The notes below the pieces were generated by a model that worked only from the letters and a program-made list of their open reading frames with translations, made no database searches and was not told where the DNA came from. Positions 15,790 through 23,140 of a DNA stretch of 34,341 nt are shown here, piece after piece; positions within the stretch are counted from its first letter, which is position 1; each line of letters opens with the position of its first letter. Position numbers and translations under genes: made by a program. Location: assembly GCA_965372675.1 (NCBI GenBank), contig CBDVDF010000001.1:1-34341 (forward strand), in the 5' to 3' direction. The stretch comes from an uncultured Desulfobacterales bacterium. Lineage in GTDB: Bacteria > Desulfobacterota > Desulfobulbia > Desulfobulbales > JAGXFP01.

Positions 15790-16001
15790 TCTCTCACCAT
15801 CAGCCCAGCTTTTCCGGCATGTTGAAAGCCCCGCTGAACCGTCCCTTTTTTTGACGCAAAACAAAGCCGGCTCAAAAAAAAACCAGCCCGGGTTTTTATC
15901 CTGTCATTAACGGGATATGTTCTTTTTGCCACCCGGAAAAAAGTTGACATAATACCCTTTTTGGCCGGCTTGGGAAATGTTTTTTTTGGATGATTGCCCG
16001 G

Positions 16002-17534
16002 TTACTTCCGGGGGTCGGTATGGTCGCGCTGCAGAAAGAAGTTTATCCAGGAAGAAGTCTCGTTCAGAGACCAGTCCCGGGGGGGTACAAAACCGTCTTT
16101 AAGAGATCTCTCCAAGCCGACTGAGCGGAGACGCCGATAGACCCCGACATAGAAACATTTCTTCCGGCCGGGATACACCTCGCACCAGCCATCCCTGCTG
16201 CCCCCGCATGCTCCGTTAAGCATGGCTTTGGCACAACCGTTCTGGGGACAGAGGAAAGCCAACTCGGCCAGGGTGCAATCTCCACAGTTCCGGCAGCCGA
16301 AAAGCAGGAGTTTGACCAGGTGTTCCGCCTGCCCGAAAATCTTGCTGCCATCAAGGGCAGTAGACAATTTCACCGCCGCCTCGTAAAAAACCGCCTCTTC
16401 GTCAAAGGCCAGACCGTGAACCGAGTTGGCCAGGCGGTATGGGATTGACCGGGGCGCTTTGCGGCGAACGACCGGCTCGGAATCGTTCAACTGATTCCCG
16501 TCACCCGCTCCGTAGTAGTATGCATCCTCCGGCCAGTCGCAAAAATCCACCAGAAAATCCGGCCAGTCATCATTCATCCTCTGCGCCTCATTGAGGACAA
16601 AGTCAAACTCCCCGAAAGTCAGGGCGGGGCCGCCGATATGGGCCCCGGCGTAGCCCAGCCCTTTAAGAACACATAGTAGTTTGGCCGCCCGCAGCAGACC
16701 TTTCTTTCTGCCCCGATCAGCCTCCTTGAACTCCTCTGCCATCATCGCATAGATCCGGTCGTTAAGCACCACGCCGGGGATCTTGCCGGCCCGCATTATC
16801 TTAGCGACCGTAGGGGTGGGGATAAAGACATTGCCGAGAACCGGCAGGGCAAGGCCGTTAAGTTTCATGTACTGGAGCAGTTCCGCGAACTTCCGGGCAT
16901 CATAACCAACCTGGGTTATCACATAATCAGCACCGGCCGCCGCCTTGCGGTGCAGCTTGTAATACTGGCTTAACAGCTCGGCCTCCTGGAGCTTGAAGGG
17001 CGAAACCGCCACCCCTTTACAGAACGAGGTCGGCTCAACCGAATTTATCACCGCCGGATTACGGCGGTCCCGGCCGGACTGCTGACAATTCAAGCGAGAG
17101 ATCAGGTCCAGGGCATGGATCGAGTCAAGATCGAATACCGGCTTGGGATCACCACGATAACCACGCTGCGGGTAATCGCCGGTGATGACCAGCAGGTTTC
17201 TCAGCCCGGCCCGGTCCCAGGCGAACAGCAGGCTTTCGATCTGGTTGCGGTTCTTGTCCTTGCAGGAGAGATGAATAATAACATCAAGGCCCAGTTGACT
17301 GATCTCGCTGCCCATGACTTCGGGAGAGAGGGCCGGATGACCGCCGGCATTTTCAGTAATACTGACCGCATGCAACCGCCCGTCGGCGCTGGCCTCTTTC
17401 GCGAAAGAAAGGGCCCGCGAATGGCCCCGACTCTGTCCGCCCCGACTCGGGACCAGTTCAAGGGTCAGGGTGAACTCATCGGGATCGGCCAGTGATCTCT
17501 GGAACCGGGAATGGTTATTGATCATCAATAACAA
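16002..17534 (-). CDS. metF: methylenetetrahydrofolate reductase fused to a C-terminal MTHFR_C (MetV-like) Cys-rich domain
   Basis: 510 aa. MTHFR TIM-barrel-like N-part (TLELVPSRGG..., HAVSITENAGGHP, IIHLSCKDKNRNQIES, LLVITGDYP). C-terminal CRNCGDCTLAELAFLCPQNGCAKAMLNGACGGSRDGWCE. The start may be the ATG at 17525 rather than the TTG at 17534. Confidence 0.85.
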   Translation of the reverse strand: MLLMINNHSRFQRSLADPDEFTLTLELVPSRGGQSRGHSRALSFAKEASADGRLHAVSITENAGGHPALSPEVMGSEISQLGLDVIIHLSCKDKNRNQIESLLFAWDRAGLRNLLVITGDYPQRGYRGDPKPVFDLDSIHALDLISRLNCQQSGRDRRNPAVINSVEPTSFCKGVAVSPFKLQEAELLSQYYKLHRKAAAGADYVITQVGYDARKFAELLQYMKLNGLALPVLGNVFIPTPTVAKIMRAGKIPGVVLNDRIYAMMAEEFKEADRGRKKGLLRAAKLLCVLKGLGYAGAHIGGPALTFGEFDFVLNEAQRMNDDWPDFLVDFCDWPEDAYYYGAGDGNQLNDSEPVVRRKAPRSIPYRLANSVHGLAFDEEAVFYEAAVKLSTALDGSKIFGQAEHLVKLLLFGCRNCGDCTLAELAFLCPQNGCAKAMLNGACGGSRDGWCEVYPGRKKCFYVGVYRRLRSVGLERSLKDGFVPPRDWSLNETSSWINFFLQRDHTDPRK

Positions 17535-17815
17535 ACCTCGTTCTGGATTACTTCAAACAGCAAACTGTGATTTCCCATTGCCAAAAAATGATGGAATCGT
17601 AACAATTGACTAATGGCTAAGTAATAGTTTCGGTATACAAGGAGTAGTGTGTTTGTGTGAGAAAGGCCATATATGTGATATGCCGAACGAACAAAAATGC
17701 ACTACGACGCAGTAGATCGGAATTATTACAACGCCATCAAAAGATACCTTATAAATAATATACGTGGAAGCCTTGTCACAAGCAAAGAAAGAAGAACGGT
17801 TACAGGAAAATATTC

Positions 17816-18487
17816 ATGTCAGACCCAGCCCCATACTGGCTCAGAGTTTCACAGACCTTCAGTGATAATGCCGAAGAATACGACGGCTGGTTTGCCGGCA
17901 ACAAGGTCTTTGCCGCTGAACTGGCCGCCTTGACCGCGATCAGGACCGAGCTCGGCCAACCCCGGCTTGAACTGGGAGTCGGGCCGGGCCATTTCGCCGC
18001 CGCCCTGGACATATCGTTCGGGGTTGATCCCGCCCTGGCTGCTCTTGAGCGGGCAAAGAAGAGATCTATCCAGGGCTGCCGCGCCATTGGCGAGCAACTG
18101 CCCTTTCTCGACCAGACCTTCAGCGCCGCCTACCTGCTCTTTACCGAGTGTTTCCTCAAGCAACCGTCCGAGGTTTTCAGTGAATGCCGCCGGGTCCTGA
18201 AGGAAAGCGGCCATTTGATCATCGGCATGATCCCTGCCGCCAGTCCATGGGGCAGACTCCTGGCCGAAAAGGGAGCAGAAGGGCACTCGATGTACCGGCA
18301 TGCCCGCTTCAGGACGGTTGAAGCGATCCAGGAGATGCTGTTGGACAGCGGTTTCGAGGTGATCGAGACCACATCCGCCCTTCTCCAACCCCCGGAGGCC
18401 TCGGCACAACTGGCAGAAGAAACCCCGGTCCACGGCTTCATCAATACGGCCGGATTCGTGGTCCTGGTGGCCAGGCCTGCAGAGTGA
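17816..18487 (+). CDS. class I SAM-dependent methyltransferase
   Basis: 223 aa. Motif I LELGVGPGHF, then a Methyltransf_11-like layout (DQTFSAAYLLFTECFL, VLKESGHLIIG). Confidence 0.8.
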   Translation: MSDPAPYWLRVSQTFSDNAEEYDGWFAGNKVFAAELAALTAIRTELGQPRLELGVGPGHFAAALDISFGVDPALAALERAKKRSIQGCRAIGEQLPFLDQTFSAAYLLFTECFLKQPSEVFSECRRVLKESGHLIIGMIPAASPWGRLLAEKGAEGHSMYRHARFRTVEAIQEMLLDSGFEVIETTSALLQPPEASAQLAEETPVHGFINTAGFVVLVARPAE

Positions 18488-18511
18488 TCGTAACTGATCA
18501 GAGAAAATGAT

Positions 18512-18539
18512 TTGGTTCAATTCAGACTGGTAGTATAAT
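18512..18539 (+). promoter_or_regulatory. possible sigma70 promoter
   Basis: TTGGTT (18512-18517), 16-nt spacer, perfect TATAAT (18534-18539), upstream of the hypothetical ORF. Confidence 0.3.
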
Positions 18540-18616
18540 CGCCCTTGCCATACTCCGATCAAAACAGAATCTGATTACCGCTGACTGGAAAGACCTCTCC
18601 AGTTCTACCTATCGAG

Positions 18617-19189
18617 ATGACATGGGCAATGTCATTTCGAACGGAGGTGAGAAATCTTGATATTATCAAGGGGTCAGAAAAACGAGACAGGATCATGACC
18701 TTTGAAAGCAAGCTGCTGCCGATAATGCGGGAAGGAATTGAAGTGATCAAGATGATCTTCTTCAAAAAACTAAGCGTCTCTCTGGCCGAAAAACACCCGG
18801 AGTGGGAGGCAAAGTTCTGCAGCATGGTTACCGGCGCCGTGGTCAACCGGACCTTCGGGATAACCAACGACCAGGAGCCTTTTCTCTCCTTCAATCGGGA
18901 CAACTTAGCAGTAATTGATTCCGAAAGGAATGATCTGGCCGGCGACCTTGAATCAATACGGATCCCACTGACCGATGCCTTGCGCATGCAATCCCTCTGT
19001 GACCAGATGGACGAAGTAGAGGGCGAAAACTATCTGGAACAGGCTAAAGAGACAGGCATTCTGATCGGCGATCGAGATCTGCCCCTGCCTAATTCTTTTA
19101 TGGATCTGGACCGACGAATGGGCAAGGCCTTCGGTTTGATCATCCCACCTTTACCAGACGAAGAGCCTCCGGCCGATACTACCCAATAG
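18617..19189 (+). CDS. hypothetical protein (acidic, Pro-rich C-terminus)
   Basis: 190-aa ORF; an alternative ATG at 18695 gives 164 aa. Its composition is more protein-like than the overlapping minus-strand ORF 18559..18987. No motif recognised. Confidence 0.4.
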   Translation: MTWAMSFRTEVRNLDIIKGSEKRDRIMTFESKLLPIMREGIEVIKMIFFKKLSVSLAEKHPEWEAKFCSMVTGAVVNRTFGITNDQEPFLSFNRDNLAVIDSERNDLAGDLESIRIPLTDALRMQSLCDQMDEVEGENYLEQAKETGILIGDRDLPLPNSFMDLDRRMGKAFGLIIPPLPDEEPPADTTQ

Positions 19190-19534
19190 CCGCAGCATTT
19201 ATTTTTTCGGCAAGAAAAAACTCCCCCATATCGTCCGCAAGCGACACAACCCACCCATCTCCTTCAACCGCCAAAAACGCATCCCCTTTAATAGCAAGCG
19301 TTCTTGCAAACCTACCTGGTTCCAAAAAACATATCCATTTTTCAAGATGTCTTCGCGGCAAGATATCTTGTTAATCCGATATATCGCAATGTATAGATAT
19401 TTCTTGACACCAACTGCGACAATGTGAGAGCCTGATTATGGTGAACAATTAAACATTACAGGAGGGACAAGAAACAGCAGCACCCGGAATCAGCAGTTAA
19501 TTAAAAACAATTAGTACTGATCGGGAGAAAGGAG

Positions 19535-19873
19535 ATGAAAACTTTTGCTTTGTTGGTTGCATTGATTATGGGGATGGTCATTAATGCTAATGGGGCGGAA
19601 ATCCACGCCACTATGAATGAAATTGAGGGGAACACAATGATAACCTGTGCCCCTGATGGGGATGTAGAAATTGAAAAAGCCTATATTTCCCTCTACGTCT
19701 CCGACGGCCAGGAACTCTTCATCAGCCGCCGGGAGATGGAAATATCTTACGATAATGTCGCGACCTATGAGCTTGCCGGAACCCACGATACTATAGAAGG
19801 AAAATGCAAGTTTATCTTTTCCGAGGGCGACAAAATAATTGCCCGGGGAATTTTTACAATAAGCATGAAATAG
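19535..19873 (+). CDS. small secreted protein, paralogue A
   Basis: 112 aa with a signal-peptide-like N-terminus. 80/112 residues are identical by hand alignment to the ORF at 20263..20601. Two conserved Cys. GGGAGA/GGAG before the ATG. Confidence 0.7.
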   Translation: MKTFALLVALIMGMVINANGAEIHATMNEIEGNTMITCAPDGDVEIEKAYISLYVSDGQELFISRREMEISYDNVATYELAGTHDTIEGKCKFIFSEGDKIIARGIFTISMK

Positions 19874-19905
19874 CGTCCTGAGTATCTAGACAAAAAACGA
19901 AATAA

Positions 19906-19931
19906 GGGCTTAGCCGAAAACGGCTAAGCCC
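19906..19931. terminator. hairpin after paralogue A, followed by a degenerate tRNA 3' remnant
   Basis: GGGCTTAGCCG (19906-19916) / CGGCTAAGCCC (19921-19931), perfect 11-bp stem, loop AAAA. TGGTGCGCCC at 19940-19949 resembles the tRNA-Arg 3' end TGGTGCACCC. Confidence 0.5.
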
Positions 19932-20262
19932 TTACTGTATGGTGCGCCCAAAAACCATGCAGTATAATACTGCTTATTCCCACCTGCGACAAAATACCAC
20001 ATCCGCCTTCAAATCGTTTTCCGCCGATATGTCCCCGCCCATCCACATCCACCACTGCCAGAAAATCTCTTTAATAACAACCGGTTAGGCTGGGTCGGCA
20101 TCACACCAGCCAGACGCCACAATCCTTACATGTCTGCCCCTTAAGATGTCTTAACATTCAGACATATCGCAACACCTAGATATAAGTTGACAGGGCCTGA
20201 TTATTTATGAAAGTCTGTAATTACAAGATAACAATAATGAATACCAAGAGGAGGGTTGTGGA

Positions 20263-20601
20263 ATGAAATCTCTAATTATCTTGCTTGCGATGATCGTAGG
20301 ATTAGCCGGCAACGCCAACAGTGGTGAGATCCAAACGACCATGACTGAAGTTGACGGGAACACAATGATCACTTGCGTCTCTAATGGGGATGGCGAAATC
20401 GAAAAAGCCTATATTTCTCTCTACGTCTCCGATGGCCAGGAACTCTTCACCAGCCGCCGGGAGATGGAAGTATCTTACGATAATGTCGCAACCTACGAGC
20501 TATCCGGAACCCACGATACAGTAGAAGGGAAATGCAAATTCATCATGTCTGAGGGCGATATAAAGATCACCAGAGAAGAATTCACGATCAGCATGAATTG
20601 A
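20263..20601 (+). CDS. small secreted protein, paralogue B
   Basis: 112 aa, GAGGAGGG Shine-Dalgarno, signal-peptide-like N-terminus, paralogue of 19535..19873. Confidence 0.7.
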   Translation: MKSLIILLAMIVGLAGNANSGEIQTTMTEVDGNTMITCVSNGDGEIEKAYISLYVSDGQELFTSRREMEVSYDNVATYELSGTHDTVEGKCKFIMSEGDIKITREEFTISMN

Positions 20602-20625
20602 CTTTCTGGTTATTGATGTAAAAAA

Positions 20626-20651
20626 GGGTTTAGCCGTTTCCGACTAAACCC
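20626..20651. terminator. hairpin after paralogue B / before the partial tRNA copy
   Basis: GGGTTTAGCCG (20626-20636) / CGACTAAACCC (20641-20651), one mismatch, loop TTTC. The A5 run on its left gives a U-run on the minus strand. Confidence 0.5.
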
Positions 20652-20661
20652 TTGCTGTATA

Positions 20662-20707
20662 TGGTGCACCCGACAGGATTCGAACCTGTGGCCTACGGAT
20701 TAGAAGT
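20662..20707 (-). repeat. 46-bp perfect copy of the 3' part of tRNA-Arg(TCT) (att-like direct repeat)
   Basis: Identical to 22868-22913 (CCA end through the anticodon). Sequences diverge immediately after position 20707/22913. Confidence 0.85.
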
Positions 20708-20912
20708 AGGTGTGAAATAGTCAGACAAAATGAAGATTTTTACACGTTACTCATTAAATGGATAATCGACGTGAATGTACGGCCTGTTATATAAGAAACT
20801 GCACCGTTATAGCCGATGAGTAATCTTCAATAATGCTATGGTGAGAATACAGTTCTGGAGGGCCAAAAGAGCAAATGTACTACATGTAGGATGATATCTA
20901 CATGCTCCTCTC

Positions 20913-21341
20913 CTATTCAATCTTGAGGAACTTCTTATCCCTTATCACAATCCTTTTCTTACAGGCCCTACAGGTAACTCCCTTTTCCGAGCTACTTGTG
21001 TGAACTTCTGTTCCACACCAGGGACAACCTCCTTTAATTGAAATCAACCCCATTAACGCCCCACCACCAAAAGCATAGAATATCCCCACGAGTATCATCG
21101 GAACCCCTACTAGAGCACCGATACCAGTCAAACATAAAAGTACACCTGCGGGGATAAGGCATCCCACTCCGGCTAAGTTCCCTCCCAAAAAACCAGTAAT
21201 CGTCCCGAAGACAGGGGTTCTTTTGGTTTCTGTGTGACTAGAAGATACAGGTTTTTGGGGACCAGTCAAAAACTCTTTGCAATGTTTGCACTTAATTGCA
21301 TCGCTAATAATTTCTTCACCGCAAAATGGGCATCTTTTCAT
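20913..21341 (-). CDS. membrane protein with N- and C-terminal zinc-ribbon motifs
   Basis: 142 aa from the ATG at 21339-21341 (the ORF track starts 4 codons earlier at a GTG). CPFC...CKHC at the N-terminus, two Gly-rich hydrophobic helices, CPWC...CRAC at the C-terminus. Confidence 0.65.
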   Translation of the reverse strand: MKRCPFCGEEIISDAIKCKHCKEFLTGPQKPVSSSHTETKRTPVFGTITGFLGGNLAGVGCLIPAGVLLCLTGIGALVGVPMILVGIFYAFGGGALMGLISIKGGCPWCGTEVHTSSSEKGVTCRACKKRIVIRDKKFLKIE

Positions 21342-21442
21342 AAATTTATCCACCTGCCTATCTTCCTTTTTCTTTACCAGTCCCTGCCTATTTCATTCTG
21401 ACACTCTTCAGCAACCCTAAAGAGCAAAGTACCTTTCGATGC

Positions 21443-22342
21443 TTAGCTAATCTTGCCTGAAATGCAGTAAGACAAACTATCGGCAAAAGTTTTCCATTCT
21501 TTTGCAGTGAAGGAGAATCTACTCATGGAACGGCCATGAAGCTTTATAAAATCAGCAGCAGTTCTTAACTTGTCATTAGGACTGGCATAATGCCACTTTT
21601 TTGCTTTTTGCGTGATTGGTACTGACCTCCCCTCAGTATACCATGGCTGATTTTCCAGCTTATTTGCTTCGGATGCCTCCTTGCGTTCTCTGGCAGTTTT
21701 TTCAAGATAGCGTTTGTGTTCATCTTGGGCCTGAGAAAGTTCAACTTGATAAAGATAATTCTTAGAGTCGAGAGCAACCAACTCTCTCAAAATGCCTATT
21801 TTGTAGAGAGACACTTTAGCAGAAGCCAATGATTTTTCCAGAGCCGCAATTTTTTCTTTTTTCTCTTTCTCCAAATAGTCTTCATAGTTTGACTTTGTAG
21901 ACGCTCCGACCTTTTGGGCCTCTTGGTAAACAGACACAGACTCGAAACCACCTGCTTTTGCCTGTTCCTCTGCTTTGTTGGCGACTTGGTTATCATGGAT
22001 AAGTCCAGAAACGGCCAACAATACAATAAGAGCTATGCCCCGCACAAGAACAGGTATGGATACGCCTGTTTTATCTCCAACTAATTTTCTAATTGGGGGA
22101 AGTAATAAGCCAGCCATGACAAGAATCAAAATTGCCGACAACGGGCTTTCTACGAACCTAGCCAAACCAGCAAAAATGAATAGAGTACCAAAACCCCAGC
22201 TTAATATCGTTGGAGCATTGCTTCTTTTGGGGGGAGAGGGAACGTTGGGAGTGTTTTTTTCTGGTTGTAAAAGCTCATGGCAGTGCTTGCATTTTACAGC
22301 TACATCTTGAATTTCCTCTTTACAGTACGGACATTTTTTCAT
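21443..22342 (-). CDS. membrane protein with N-terminal zinc ribbon, about 3 TM helices and a charged coiled-coil-like C-terminal domain
   Basis: 299 aa from the ATG at 22340-22342 (the ORF track extends 38 codons further upstream). The N-terminus MKKCPYCKEEIQDVAVKCKHCHELL parallels MKRCPFCGEEIISDAIKCKHCKEFL of the neighbouring gene. The C-terminal half is Lys/Glu-rich. Confidence 0.65.
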   Translation of the reverse strand: MKKCPYCKEEIQDVAVKCKHCHELLQPEKNTPNVPSPPKRSNAPTILSWGFGTLFIFAGLARFVESPLSAILILVMAGLLLPPIRKLVGDKTGVSIPVLVRGIALIVLLAVSGLIHDNQVANKAEEQAKAGGFESVSVYQEAQKVGASTKSNYEDYLEKEKKEKIAALEKSLASAKVSLYKIGILRELVALDSKNYLYQVELSQAQDEHKRYLEKTARERKEASEANKLENQPWYTEGRSVPITQKAKKWHYASPNDKLRTAADFIKLHGRSMSRFSFTAKEWKTFADSLSYCISGKIS

Positions 22343-22829
22343 GCAGTCACCCAATATAGTTATGGAGAAACAAAAGCCATGCCCACATTGAGAGCAAGGT
22401 GCAAAAAAAAATGGGCGTGACAAAAGTCGAGCCCTTCTTGAGGTACCGCCAAGCACCCACCATCAAGACACGAACAGAAGCCACGACCAAAGGGGAGTGC
22501 GCCTGCCAGCATCGTCTTGATGGTAAAAATTTGGCGGTTTTCAAGAAGAACGATTCTGCGAGAACGCAAAACTATTTTTATCTAGTTACAATTTTATGCC
22601 GTATAGTCTCTCCTTCAGTGGATTTATAAATTCACATTCAATAATTTGATAATATCAATAGGCTGAATAATTAGCAATTATAGAGTCTGCCATAATCAAC
22701 CTAGACAATAAACAAACAGACAACGGCATTGAGCAGATAAGTTGTTGCATGTATCCCGTCTTGCAACTCTAAGTGAGAAAAGGGATGTTTAACAGAAATC
22801 CTGGCTACCATTTGGCTACCAACAAAAAA

Positions 22830-22857
22830 GGGCTCCGGTGAATTACCACTGGAGCCC
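22830..22857 (-). terminator. rho-independent terminator of tRNA-Arg
   Basis: GGGCTCCGGTG (22830-22840) / CACTGGAGCCC (22847-22857) with one G-T pair. The A6 run on the left gives a U-run on the minus strand, 10 nt after the tRNA 3' end. Confidence 0.6.
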
Positions 22858-22867
22858 TTGCTATAAC

Positions 22868-22944
<77 letters not shown>

Positions 22945-23140
22945 ATATCAACTTATATAATTTACCACGAAACGCGGTTGACTTAATAGCATCCCGCCCC
23001 GAAATTTTCAACTGCTAAATCTCCCCCTCTCAACCCAGCAGGTTGCAAGTTGGCAGTAGGGCAAGAAAGAGTTGAGCCCGTTATAATAAAGCTATACGGG
23101 CTCAGCGATGACGCCGCAATCCTGCCAAATCACAACCTGC

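Noticed and set aside
13392-15864. Long N-terminal extensions of the kdsD (to 14498) and purF (to 15864) ORFs in the ORF track.
   Set aside because: The extensions are Arg/Trp/Ser-rich, and one overlaps the preceding gene. The conserved N-termini (MYIDQAKK... and MLQYINPDRPRDECGICGV...) start at the internal ATGs 14360 and 15789.
18559-18987. 142-aa minus-strand ORF overlapping the hypothetical gene 18617..19189.
   Set aside because: Its composition is Ser/Ile/Arg-rich and low in complexity, and it has no ribosome-binding site. The plus-strand frame looks more like a real protein, although neither is certain.
19405-19450. TTGACA hexamers conserved upstream of both small secreted-protein genes, considered as -35 boxes.
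   Set aside because: No acceptable -10 hexamer lies at 16-18 bp spacing in either copy, and the spacing to the conserved GCCTGATTAT block differs by about 15 nt between copies. The promoter call is unsupported.
22360-22569. Possible remnant of a tyrosine integrase next to the tRNA. The 69-aa minus-strand ORF contains ...FCHAHFFLHLAL..., vaguely like an HxxR-H region.
   Set aside because: The resemblance is too weak to support by eye, and no catalytic Arg/His/Tyr pattern can be aligned. It would need a translated profile search of 22350-22830.
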